DNA from: Peribacillus sp. Aquil_B1
Lineage (GTDB): Bacteria; Bacillota; Bacilli; Bacillales; DSM-1321
Assembly (NCBI RefSeq): GCF_022603275.1
Contig: NZ_JAKXEE010000003.1
Coordinates: forward strand, 460,960-500,959
DNA length: 40,000 nucleotides
Reading direction: 5' to 3'
Shown: positions 1 to 8,461 of the stretch, piece by piece
How positions within the stretch are numbered: position 1 is the first letter of the stretch
Layout: every line of letters starts with the position of its first letter
Program-made: the position numbers and the translations under genes
Notes under the pieces: generated by a model
What the model was told of the DNA's origin: nothing
The model's database searches: none
The model's input: only the letters and a program-made list of their open reading frames with translations

Positions 1-145
1 TATAGATTTCTTCGGGATCCTGTTCCGCCACGGAAGGAGTTGGACTGTGCAGAGGATATCCCCTTGAACAAGATTGGACAACCTCCCCCCTTTTTGAAAA
101 AAGAACAACCTTCGTACTCGTCGTGCCAATATCGATCCCCATCAT
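1..145 (-). CDS. gntK: Gluconokinase (FGGY carbohydrate kinase), N-terminal 48 codons; gene runs off the left edge
   Basis: Not in the ORF track (no stop in window). Minus-strand translation from ATG 145 (or 142) gives MMGIDIGTTSTKVVLFSKRGEVVQSCSRGYPLHSPTPSVAEQDPEEIY. This carries the GIDIGTTSTK..LF and AEQDPEEI N-terminal signatures of GntK/FGGY kinases. Confidence 0.75.
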   Translation of the reverse strand, partial: MMGIDIGTTSTKVVLFSKRGEVVQSCSRGYPLHSPTPSVAEQDPEEIY

Positions 146-287
146 ATAACCTGAATGTTCCATATATACATCATGCTCCTTCCTCTTAAACAATTGAATT
201 CAATAGTAAGATTAGGATAACGACTGATATAATCATTTCCATAACCGTTCAAGACAATAACGTTTGTGCGACTGTTAAATTAAATCT

Positions 288-839
288 TTAGCGACATGGA
301 TTATAAGCAACGGCTTCATCCACCCCGTTTGTGATCAATACCATTTGAAATTCACCGCACGCCTCGGTAATCAAGATGATGGAGGCAGTTGCGACGAGGC
401 AGACGGGCATGAATTGGTTTATTTCTTCTTTATTAAAACCTCTAGCGCATCCTAATGTAAAGAATGAAACGACCACAGAAATCATTAGGGCGATGATTGG
501 TTTTCCAATGAAGGCATTCCAATCATTACATGTTGAATCTTCAGCAAACAAAGCACCGAAAGCCTCGATCAACAATAATAAGACCGGTATTGCCATCATC
601 TTCCCACGAAATGTTATTAAACCGAAAATGAGTGCCATCTAACTAAGAGTATTACCTCCCCCTATCTGAACAGCATCTGCAACATCCGGAATATCCATAC
701 CTGCGATAATCGCTAAAATGACGGAAGCATAAAGTAACCCAATAAATGGGGAGATTTTGCTTTGGCTATGATAACGATCAAGAGCAAACCATTGTTATGG
801 CTAACAAACAATAAAAGTAAGATTAAATGAAAAAAGCAT
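288..839 (-). pseudogene. gntP: Degraded GntP-family gluconate permease remnant (in-frame stops, frame changes, large internal deletion)
   Basis: ORF 288..638 contains GKPIIALMISVVVSFFTLGCARGFNKEEINQF...ITEACGEFQMVLITNGVDEAVA. This resembles the central GntP block as I recall it from B. subtilis GntP (GDPV.A.LIA..FTFG.NRG.....IN ... IIGGGGAFKQVL.DSGV). The upstream frame 640..800 reads KISPFIGLLYASVILAIIAGMDIPDVADAVQIGGGNTLS, then TAG, then MALIFGLITFRGKM, which is GntP N-terminus-like. Further stops lie at about 800-839. Only about 200 of the roughly 450 expected codons remain. Confidence 0.6.
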
Positions 840-890
840 CGAATCAGTTCCTTTGTGAACCCAACTCGATACCTGATTCAGTCATGGGAA

Positions 891-1589
891 TCATTCTCCA
901 ATGAAAAGAGGACCGGATATATGCTTGATTTCTTTCTCCAGATGTTCAGGATAGGCAATGAGGAAGCAGGTGGATGGTCCTGATGATTTTTCGATATCGA
1001 CTTTATCACTTATATGCACAGAAACACCTTCACCACTTTGATCGAGGTGCTTCCATTCATATGCTATCCCTTTTGAGCCGATTGGAAGTGCCTGAACGTC
1101 TTCCATTTCACATAGGCTTTTATATAAAGATAATGGCGCGACCCAATCTTGCTGTTCCATTACTTCTTCTCCGACGAGCGGCCTGCCGATCAAAGCGATT
1201 TTCCGTGAAGGATGCTGCTTTTTAACACGTTCATTCAATCGCTTACCAATCACCATAAGACCAAGTGCTGATTGAAGAAGCGGCATGTTACTTTCTGTGC
1301 TGCCAGTAATGGGAAGGTCCTCCATTCCCAATTCACCCAGCCCCTTTTTGACACCCCTGGTCAAGTTTTCCCAGGCTTCATCACCGCAGAAATTATTTAG
1401 AACGACGGATACGGGTCTTCCGCCAATGCTTAAACACTCCATGACGGCAACCCGAAAGGAATAATAGCCAACGACCTCATAAGGAACATGGACGAGGTCC
1501 ATCTCCTTCAGCCCGATACCGCCGCTATTATCACTAGAAACAATCAATGAATCTGATTCGGAAAATGGCAAAATCAACGAATCACTCAT
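891..1589 (-). CDS. cblS: AIR-synthase/ThiL-fold ATP-binding protein, probable alpha-ribazole kinase (CblS-like)
   Basis: 232-aa ORF with a PurM/ThiL-like N-terminal motif (VSSDNSGGIG). Its start overlaps the stop of the upstream ECF S-component gene (ATGA-type junction at 1586-1589). It is the last gene of a B12 riboswitch-controlled operon. The cblT-cblS pairing is known from Listeria/Geobacillus. Confidence 0.55.
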   Translation of the reverse strand: MSDSLILPFSESDSLIVSSDNSGGIGLKEMDLVHVPYEVVGYYSFRVAVMECLSIGGRPVSVVLNNFCGDEAWENLTRGVKKGLGELGMEDLPITGSTESNMPLLQSALGLMVIGKRLNERVKKQHPSRKIALIGRPLVGEEVMEQQDWVAPLSLYKSLCEMEDVQALPIGSKGIAYEWKHLDQSGEGVSVHISDKVDIEKSSGPSTCFLIAYPEHLEKEIKHISGPLFIGE

Positions 1590-2080
1590 TCTACGAGTCC
1601 ATCTTTAAAAATCATTTTTTTCAAAACAGGCTCCAAGCGTGGCAGTAAAAGGGCAGCCAAAACTACATTTACCGCCGTCGCTGCCGTTAATCCCGGCACC
1701 AATAATGTGTAAAAACCAGGGCTGATCAGAAATGCGAAAGGCAGGGCTAAAACGAAGGCATTACCGATAAAGAAGAGGAAAAATGCGCCTACTTTTTTTC
1801 CGTGTATATATAAAATGCCAAACATCCATGCCAAGACTGCCATTTCGACCATGATCAAAAAGTGGAATGGCCCAAGCGGCATGCCGCCGATGAACGCTGA
1901 AATGATATGGCCAAGCCCAGCTACTATAGCCCCCGAAACCGGGCCAAGTATGACAGCCGCCAAAAGGGCCGGAAAGCTATCCAATGCGATGCTCCCGATC
2001 GGGGAAGGGATTTTAATCATTGCCCCTACCGCCGATAAGGCAATGAATATAGCGATTGCACTAATTTTTCTTACGTCCAT
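1586..2080 (-). CDS. cblT: ECF-transporter S-component-like membrane protein, probable alpha-ribazole (lower-ligand) transporter CblT
   Basis: 164-aa, very hydrophobic, multi-TM ORF with a Gly/Ala-rich helix pattern typical of ECF substrate-capture subunits. It is adjacent to and translationally coupled with the CblS-like kinase. Confidence 0.55.
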   Translation of the reverse strand: MDVRKISAIAIFIALSAVGAMIKIPSPIGSIALDSFPALLAAVILGPVSGAIVAGLGHIISAFIGGMPLGPFHFLIMVEMAVLAWMFGILYIHGKKVGAFFLFFIGNAFVLALPFAFLISPGFYTLLVPGLTAATAVNVVLAALLLPRLEPVLKKMIFKDGLVE

Positions 2081-2082
2081 GT

Positions 2083-2667
2083 TTACTCTTTTTCCTTTCT
2101 TTTCCCTCCACGGAATACATTTGCGCTGCGGATATATTCCACATCTTTCACTCCAAGACGGAAATTGATCACACGTGCAACAGCAAAGAAGTAATCCGAC
2201 AAACGATTTAAGTATTGAAGTGATAATGGTGAAACAGCCGCACCCGACTTGATCAATGAAACGACCAATCGTTCTGCCCTTCTTGTAACGGTTCTGGCAA
2301 TATGAATGGTTGCAGCCGCTTTTGAGCCGCCAGGCAGGATGAACTTTTCCAGTTCCGGCGCTTCAAGTATGAAGGCATCTATTCGTTCTTCCAAATAGGT
2401 AATGGCCTCATCCGTCAGCTTTTGTGGGGCTTTCTCGGAAACGGTTGCCAAATCTCCGCCGCAGTCAAATAACTCATGCTGGATTTTCTCTAGATCGGCC
2501 AGTATATCCGTAAATATCGCAGGATCCAATTCAGTCACCGCAAGACCGATATAGCTATTCACTTCATCCACCGTTCCATATGATTCAACACGGATGTCAT
2601 CCTTATCAAGCCGGCCTCCGATTACGCTTGTTTGTCCCTTATCCCCTGTACGTGTATAGATTTTCAT
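2083..2667 (-). CDS. pduO: PduO-type ATP:cob(I)alamin adenosyltransferase
   Basis: 194 aa. MKIYTRTGDKGQTS N-terminus and the TVTRRAER / LNRLSDYFF motifs are diagnostic of PduO/YvqK-type adenosyltransferases. Confidence 0.9.
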   Translation of the reverse strand: MKIYTRTGDKGQTSVIGGRLDKDDIRVESYGTVDEVNSYIGLAVTELDPAIFTDILADLEKIQHELFDCGGDLATVSEKAPQKLTDEAITYLEERIDAFILEAPELEKFILPGGSKAAATIHIARTVTRRAERLVVSLIKSGAAVSPLSLQYLNRLSDYFFAVARVINFRLGVKDVEYIRSANVFRGGKRKEKE

Positions 2668-2681
2668 CCCAATTGCCTCCT

Positions 2682-3146
2682 CTACTTTATTCGCTGGTTA
2701 ATTCCATACCAGATGATATCAACTCGCTTTGATATGGATGCTACATCTTGAAAGACCCATCCGCAGGCATCGCGCCATCTGCGATCTTTTGCTTCGATCG
2801 GGACAATGCCTTTGGAAATATCAGAACCGATCACAATGCAATTGTGTTCATCTCTTTCATTCTCCCATATTCGCCAATCAGCCATGATTTCCTTCCATCT
2901 TTTTCGAATCGAGTCTGAATCCATCTTTTCTGCATCTTGTTGAATCCATGCGTCCAACCCTTGCAATACAACTGTCCTGCCTTGGAAATCAATCAATTCC
3001 GGCTGTTCTTTTCGATAACCGGAAAGCCAAAGGACATCATTTTCCATACCATACAATTGCTTTACCCATTTGGTTTTGCCATTATAGGCGCCTCCTGTAA
3101 CAAAGTGCAGCGTTCTCCCCTCCTTATGCTGTTCCGGTCTTCCCAT
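2682..3146 (-). CDS. CobU-related P-loop protein (divergent, short paralogue of adenosylcobinamide kinase/guanylyltransferase)
   Basis: 154 aa. Has a degenerate P-loop (VTGGAYNGKT). Its C-terminus (VIGSDISKGIVPIEAKDRRWRDACGWVFQDVASISKRVDIIWYGINQRIK) parallels the CobU tail (NEVGMGIVPE..R.FRD..G..NQ.LA...D.V.....G...K). It lacks the H-x-x-D-R guanylyl-histidine segment. Its start overlaps the cobC 3' end by 85 nt. Confidence 0.5.
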   Translation of the reverse strand: MGRPEQHKEGRTLHFVTGGAYNGKTKWVKQLYGMENDVLWLSGYRKEQPELIDFQGRTVVLQGLDAWIQQDAEKMDSDSIRKRWKEIMADWRIWENERDEHNCIVIGSDISKGIVPIEAKDRRWRDACGWVFQDVASISKRVDIIWYGINQRIK

Positions 3147-3685
3147 ATCAGCTCATATCCCCTGCCATGGGAAATTCCCCAATCAAAAAAAGACTTTTCC
3201 CGCGGGGCATAGCGGACCAATAAATCACGAATTACCCCTCCATGCGTCATTAGGGCAAATCGGTTCTCCTTACAGGCAATCAATTGTTTCCAGCCATTAT
3301 TCACACGTTCGGAAAATGCCGGATAACTTTCACCCCCAGGCACCAGTGCCTCCATGGGACGTTCCAGCCAATTAAGATAATCTCCATCTGTCTTCAACTC
3401 ATGATACGTCCGCCCTTCCCAATTGCCGAAGTTCATCTCACGGAACGAAGCGTTTTTGACCGGAACTGCATTCGGAAACAGAAGTCGTACAGTTTCCACA
3501 CAGCGGGGCAAATCACTGCTGTGAATTTTTTCATACTGTGGGTAAGAACCCCTTAAGTCCAGTATTTCCTTTTCTCCTTCGATACTTAATGGAGAATCCG
3601 TCCAGCCTAAATAGGCCTTTCGTTCATTTGCCACTGTCAGCCCATGGCGAAGTAGTGTAATAGCCACAATATCAGCCATAACCAA
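3062..3685 (-). CDS. cobC: Alpha-ribazole-5'-phosphate / AdoCbl-5'-phosphate phosphatase (histidine phosphatase family)
   Basis: 207 aa. Has the RHG catalytic motif near the N-terminus (ITLLRHGLT), later THGGVIR, and sits in a B12 operon. A GTG at about 3667 is an alternative start. Confidence 0.8.
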   Translation of the reverse strand: MVMADIVAITLLRHGLTVANERKAYLGWTDSPLSIEGEKEILDLRGSYPQYEKIHSSDLPRCVETVRLLFPNAVPVKNASFREMNFGNWEGRTYHELKTDGDYLNWLERPMEALVPGGESYPAFSERVNNGWKQLIACKENRFALMTHGGVIRDLLVRYAPREKSFFDWGISHGRGYELIWEDRNSIRRGERCTLLQEAPIMAKPNG

Positions 3686-4440
3686 AGCTCAACCCCTTCC
3701 ACGGATGCCCCCAGTACATCCCCCGTTATCCCACCGAACCAACTGACGATTTTACGTTTTATATAAACCAGGAAAAACACCGCAGCCAGACACATGACGA
3801 AAAATAAGGTGACAAGCTTAAAATCGATGACCCAGGCAAACGCCAGACTTACAAGGATGTACAGCCAATAAATGGGCAAACTGCTTTTCGTTACTGCACT
3901 TTGAAAAAAAGCACCGAGCCCCTCTTTTTTAGCGAGCGGCATCCGGATGAGTAAATAACCCATCACACATTTGCTTAAGAGCGGAAGGGCTATGATCAAG
4001 AAGTATGTCCATTCATTTACCATTTGGACAATTTCATAGATAAATAGAAACCGGGCAGCCAACAGGACTATGACGGAAATGACACCGAATGCACCTGTCC
4101 TGGAATCCTTCATGATTTCCAAACGCCTATTCTTATCCTGATAGGAAAAAAAAGCATCACTTGCATCAATCCAGCCATCAAGATGCAAACCACCCGTTAA
4201 CGCCATCGTTAAAAACCAAAGGAAAAAGGCAATCGCAAGCGATGACAATGGGGTCCATTCCACTAGTGCATATAAAACGCCGCCCAATATCAAGCCTAGC
4301 AAAAGACCTACTAATGGAAAGGTCTGAATGGCACGGTGAATATATTTCTTCTCCATCGGAAGCTGCTTCTTTATTGGAAAGACCGTAAAGAACTGCAGGT
4401 TAATTAAAAATCCGATCACTCCGCTCATTCCTCCATGCAC
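3637..4440 (-). CDS. cobS: Adenosylcobinamide-GDP ribazoletransferase (cobalamin-5'-phosphate synthase)
   Basis: 267-aa polytopic membrane ORF with the CobS motifs GGLHLDGWIDASDAF and GGITGDVLGA. Confidence 0.9.
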   Translation of the reverse strand: MHGGMSGVIGFLINLQFFTVFPIKKQLPMEKKYIHRAIQTFPLVGLLLGLILGGVLYALVEWTPLSSLAIAFFLWFLTMALTGGLHLDGWIDASDAFFSYQDKNRRLEIMKDSRTGAFGVISVIVLLAARFLFIYEIVQMVNEWTYFLIIALPLLSKCVMGYLLIRMPLAKKEGLGAFFQSAVTKSSLPIYWLYILVSLAFAWVIDFKLVTLFFVMCLAAVFFLVYIKRKIVSWFGGITGDVLGASVEGVELWLWLILWLLHYFAMG

Positions 4441-5000
4441 CCTTTCTTCCGCAATGGAATTCCCGCTTCCACTTGATAGGCTTCATCGGCCTGCCTGACG
4501 ATCGTTTGATGAAGCAGGCCCAGTGTTTTTCCGTATATATGGAGGAAATCATCCTGGAAAATCGGTTCCTGTACCAATTCATTGCTCACGACTATTAAAC
4601 AGCTGGATTGTTTTCTTATCTCATTGATCCCGGTTATTATTTTTGAAAAAACACTATTTAAGAATTCTTCTTCAAGCGGAATGCCAGGGCCAAATAGCTC
4701 GTTATCAAGCAGGGTTGTCAGACAATCAAGCAGAATGATGGATTCATGATCAATGTCAGCCCCTATTCTTGTAATATCCGTTGCGTATTCAGAGGTCTTC
4801 CAAGCAATCGGGCTGCTTTCTCTATCTTTACGATGCCTAAGGATGCGTTCACCCATTTCAACATCACTGACACGGCCGCAGGCGAGGTAATGCAAGTTCC
4901 CATTCGTTTGGAGCGCAAACTCCAGTGCTTTTCTTTCTGCAAAGCTGCTTTTTCCTGAACGGACACCCCCGGTTATAAAACAGAGCCTTGCTTTCTCCAC
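4425..5000 (-). CDS. cobU: Bifunctional adenosylcobinamide kinase / adenosylcobinamide-phosphate guanylyltransferase
   Basis: 191 aa. Has the P-loop ITGGVRSGKS and a histidine segment ILRHRKDR matching the CobU guanylylation region. Confidence 0.9.
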   Translation of the reverse strand: MEKARLCFITGGVRSGKSSFAERKALEFALQTNGNLHYLACGRVSDVEMGERILRHRKDRESSPIAWKTSEYATDITRIGADIDHESIILLDCLTTLLDNELFGPGIPLEEEFLNSVFSKIITGINEIRKQSSCLIVVSNELVQEPIFQDDFLHIYGKTLGLLHQTIVRQADEAYQVEAGIPLRKKGCMEE

Positions 5001-6046
5001 TGTCTTACCCCCTCCATCAGTGCTTCGTTATCATGTTCACCCTTCACTGCAAACCGAAGCCACACTCCGTCCAAACCCGGAAAATTATAGGTATGGCGCG
5101 GTACGATTCCTTTTTTTAGCAAAAAGGGGAAAAGGGAGAGAGATTCATCCTTCACCAAATAGAAATTAACTGTGCTAGCGGAGACATTCAACCCTTGCTC
5201 CTCATAAAACCGGAATAGTTTTTGCTTTTGCCATGCAATATAGTCTCTTGTTTTTCTCATATAGGCTTCTTCCGCAAGACAGATTTTCCCCACTTCAAGC
5301 GCCACGTGGTTGACGCTCCAATGCGGCTTATAGTTTCTTACCCGTTTTATGATGTCAGGTGCCGCAAGCAAGTAGCCTAGTCTCAAACCCGGGATTGCAA
5401 AGATTTTAGTCATTGATCTAAGAATGAGTAAATGTGGAAATACATGGATTAAAGAAGCATAACTAAAGGCATCTTCCGTAAAATCATAAAAAGCCTCATC
5501 CAAGACTACCAGGCAATCCGCTTTTTGGCATTCCATGATCAATTCCCTGACTGCATCCCGATTAAATGAAACACCCGTCGGATTATTAGGCGTACATAAG
5601 AAAATTGCATCATATTCGGGTAATCGCGGAATCAATCGCTCCAAGTCCAATTGCCACTCAGGAGCATCAAGCTGGTGAAAATCAACCTTACATCCTGCTG
5701 CCAAACAAGCTTCAGCATATTCCGCAAATGCCGGCTGAATGATCAGCACCCTTTGATTGGCTAATCCGTTCGCTATCAGCATAATTATTTCAGCACCACC
5801 GTTCCCCACCAAAACGGATTGCTCAGGAAGAGCTTCTTTTTTTGCAATGGATTTTGTCAGTTCAATGGCATGCGGATCTGGGTACTGAAGGATTCCTTCG
5901 AAAAACCCAGACCACTGTTCCTTTATGCGTGAAGGCGGACCCAATGGGTTGATGTTAGCACTGAAGTCGAGAACCGCTTCAGGCATCTTGATTTTCAGCG
6001 CTTCATAAAGATAATGAGGATTAGAGCCATGAGAAGGTAATGTCAA
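4973..6046 (-). CDS. cobD: L-threonine-O-3-phosphate decarboxylase (class I/II aminotransferase fold)
   Basis: 357 aa. HGSNP start, DFSANINPLGPP, a PNNPTG pyridoxal-phosphate-family motif, and a position between cbiB and cobU. Confidence 0.85.
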   Translation of the reverse strand: MTLPSHGSNPHYLYEALKIKMPEAVLDFSANINPLGPPSRIKEQWSGFFEGILQYPDPHAIELTKSIAKKEALPEQSVLVGNGGAEIIMLIANGLANQRVLIIQPAFAEYAEACLAAGCKVDFHQLDAPEWQLDLERLIPRLPEYDAIFLCTPNNPTGVSFNRDAVRELIMECQKADCLVVLDEAFYDFTEDAFSYASLIHVFPHLLILRSMTKIFAIPGLRLGYLLAAPDIIKRVRNYKPHWSVNHVALEVGKICLAEEAYMRKTRDYIAWQKQKLFRFYEEQGLNVSASTVNFYLVKDESLSLFPFLLKKGIVPRHTYNFPGLDGVWLRFAVKGEHDNEALMEGVRQWRKQGSVL

Positions 6047-6986
6047 GTATAAGCCCCCCTAGCCATAGCATCAGCAGAAATAGAAAAGATGACCGATGCA
6101 TGATGGTAATCGTTTTTGGTATATGTTTTGCTTCCAATCGAACAAGCGGAACTCCCATCCTCGCACGGTCGGAAACAATTCCTTTGTACATATTACGGCC
6201 TCCAAGCTGTATTCCCAAAATCGCAGCAACGCCTGCTTCACACCACCCGCTATTCGGGCTTGGATGTTTTTTTGCGTCATTGAATAATATTTTCCATCTG
6301 GAACCAAATCCATGATAGCGGGATTTTGAGCTCAGTAACATCAGGTAACCGGTGAGGCGGCTGGGAATCCAATTCACAATATCATCGAGCTTGGCTGAAG
6401 CCCAGCCGAATTTCCCATATTTGTCATTTTTGTACCCTACCATGGAATCGCATGTATTAATTGCCCTGTACACCATAGCGAGCGGCGCACCGCCAATAGC
6501 TGCCCAAAACATGGGGGCCGTAATCCCATCACTGGTATTTTCCGCTACAGTTTCCACGGTGCCCCTGACGATTTCGGATTCATCAAGATCCGCCGTATCA
6601 CGGCCCACGATATAGGAAAGCTTTAGCCTCGCTTCAGGAAAATCGCGTTCATTAAGCGGAAGGCAAACATCCATCCCAGCTTGCTTCAAGCCCTTCTGAG
6701 CTATCGTAGTAGAAATGACAGCAGCTTCCCAAAGGATACCTGCAAGCGGATGGATTAGATAAGCCAAATAGACGGTAAGACCCGTAATCAATAACACCGC
6801 CGATAAGACGATGATCAGCATGAAGAGTCCATTCCGTTTCTTATATGCCCCTCTATTGAATGCCAGATCCAGCTTGCTTATCATCGTTCCTATCCATTTG
6901 ACCGGATGCGGCCAATTTGGCGGATCACCGATTAATAGATCAAGGAAAAATGCCAGCGTAACCGCAAAAAGATGATGATAGATCAT
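6021..6986 (-). CDS. cbiB: Adenosylcobinamide-phosphate synthase
   Basis: 321-aa membrane ORF. DLLIGDPPNWPHPV and NDAKKHPSPNSGW motifs are typical of CbiB. Confidence 0.9.
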   Translation of the reverse strand: MIYHHLFAVTLAFFLDLLIGDPPNWPHPVKWIGTMISKLDLAFNRGAYKKRNGLFMLIIVLSAVLLITGLTVYLAYLIHPLAGILWEAAVISTTIAQKGLKQAGMDVCLPLNERDFPEARLKLSYIVGRDTADLDESEIVRGTVETVAENTSDGITAPMFWAAIGGAPLAMVYRAINTCDSMVGYKNDKYGKFGWASAKLDDIVNWIPSRLTGYLMLLSSKSRYHGFGSRWKILFNDAKKHPSPNSGWCEAGVAAILGIQLGGRNMYKGIVSDRARMGVPLVRLEAKHIPKTITIMHRSSFLFLLMLWLGGLILDITFSWL

Positions 6987-8455
6987 AAATCCTCAATCCG
7001 TTTCCGATTATTCTTTAATGCTTCCACTGTACAATCATATACGCCGCGACTGATCAGCTTCCCTAACGGAGTGATGGTGCCTGCATATTGAAGCTTTGCC
7101 CCTCTTTGAGCAGCCGCAATCAAAATGCTGTCAGTCGATGTTCCTGTTGCACATGTATTTGTCACCCGATCCAGTACATGCAAATCATGAAGCGCTTTTA
7201 CTTTTGCCTCGGTCGCAGTAACGATACTGTGAATGAAAGCCTCTTCTGCCAAATGTCCATTTACGAATATCCATGTATTGATCGTTCCCGGAGCGGAACT
7301 CCAAGAATGCCGGTCAGCTAAAGAAGCGTCGATGGCATTCCCTACACCAGCCGTCACGATAATGAAAACAGAGAAATCTTCAGCTCTTAAAAGCTTGAAA
7401 GCAACCGTATCGAGAAAGACAGCTGTCATCATCCCTACCGTCTCCTGAGGTTCAAAACCATGAGTTCTTAAATAATCGGCCATTTCAACATGATGATCCT
7501 CGCAATCATAGCCATGATGGACGTGCCTATTCACAAAATGTTTATGCCAGCCCGTCCCCGAACCAGTCACTCCGGAAGACATCGTTCTAAGCGGGATCGG
7601 AGAATCCAATTGAATCATCTCAGGTCCGACTGTCAGATAAGATTCATCGATTTCCAATGAGATAGTATCATGGACATGCTTTTCCGGAACGATGAACATC
7701 TGCGGTTTCGGAAGGGCGGGATGTGGATGTTTTTCGATCGTCGTATGATATACACCCTGAATCCGTTCCTGCTGGAGCACTTCATTCGGCACATCAACAA
7801 CCTGAATTTTCCCTTTCTCAAGCAACATCAGCCGATCACAATATAACCCAGCCAAATTCAGGTCATGGAAAATTGAAATAACGGTCAAATTCTGCTCTTT
7901 TGCCATTTTCCTCATTAAATCAAGAAGGTCTTTTTGATAGGAAAGATCCAAGTGATTCGTAGGTTCATCCAAAAAAAGGATTTCAGGCTCTTGGGCAAGT
8001 GCCTGTGCCAGCAGGACCCGCTGCCTCTCCCCTCCTGATAATCGTTCAAAATGCAGATCCTGAAAATCGGCTACGCCCGTTTGTTCCATAACCCGTTGGA
8101 CAATCGCTTCATCTTCTGCGGACCAACTATGGAACCAACCTGATTGATGAGCATATCGCCCAAGTGAGACCGTCTCTTTTACTGTATAGGAGAAAGCTAA
8201 TGAGGAATGTTGAGGGAGCACAGCAATGACCTGTGCAAGTTGTTTTGACGAATACTCCTTCAAATCCCTCCCTCTTATCCGTACGCTTCCGCCCTTATAA
8301 TCGAGCACCCCGCTAAGCATACCTAAAAGCGTGGTTTTTCCGCTGCCATTAGGACCAAGAATCCCGAATAATTCTCCTTTATGTACATCAAAAGAGACAG
8401 AGTCCAAAACAGCTTTGTTGTCATACCCACCTGTTAACCCTTTAACTTCAAGCAT
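6983..8455 (-). CDS. btuD-cbiZ: Fusion protein: corrinoid ABC-transporter ATPase (BtuD/FepC-like) plus adenosylcobinamide amidohydrolase (CbiZ) domain
   Basis: 490 aa. N-terminal about 260 aa have Walker A (GPNGSGKTT), the signature LSGGERQR, and Walker B (ILFLDEPTNHLD). The C-terminal about 220 aa have CbiZ-like blocks (GTINTWIF, TATEAKVKAL, ATGTSTDS). Confidence 0.8.
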   Translation of the reverse strand: MLEVKGLTGGYDNKAVLDSVSFDVHKGELFGILGPNGSGKTTLLGMLSGVLDYKGGSVRIRGRDLKEYSSKQLAQVIAVLPQHSSLAFSYTVKETVSLGRYAHQSGWFHSWSAEDEAIVQRVMEQTGVADFQDLHFERLSGGERQRVLLAQALAQEPEILFLDEPTNHLDLSYQKDLLDLMRKMAKEQNLTVISIFHDLNLAGLYCDRLMLLEKGKIQVVDVPNEVLQQERIQGVYHTTIEKHPHPALPKPQMFIVPEKHVHDTISLEIDESYLTVGPEMIQLDSPIPLRTMSSGVTGSGTGWHKHFVNRHVHHGYDCEDHHVEMADYLRTHGFEPQETVGMMTAVFLDTVAFKLLRAEDFSVFIIVTAGVGNAIDASLADRHSWSSAPGTINTWIFVNGHLAEEAFIHSIVTATEAKVKALHDLHVLDRVTNTCATGTSTDSILIAAAQRGAKLQYAGTITPLGKLISRGVYDCTVEALKNNRKRIEDL

Positions 8456-8461
8456 TCGTTT

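Noticed and set aside
146-190. 10-codon mini-ORF (MMYIWNIQVI) behind the strong Shine-Dalgarno upstream of gntK as a regulatory leader peptide
   Set aside because: It could equally be a consequence of locus decay or an alternative start context. It is too short to evaluate from sequence alone. It is mentioned under the gnt-locus finding only.
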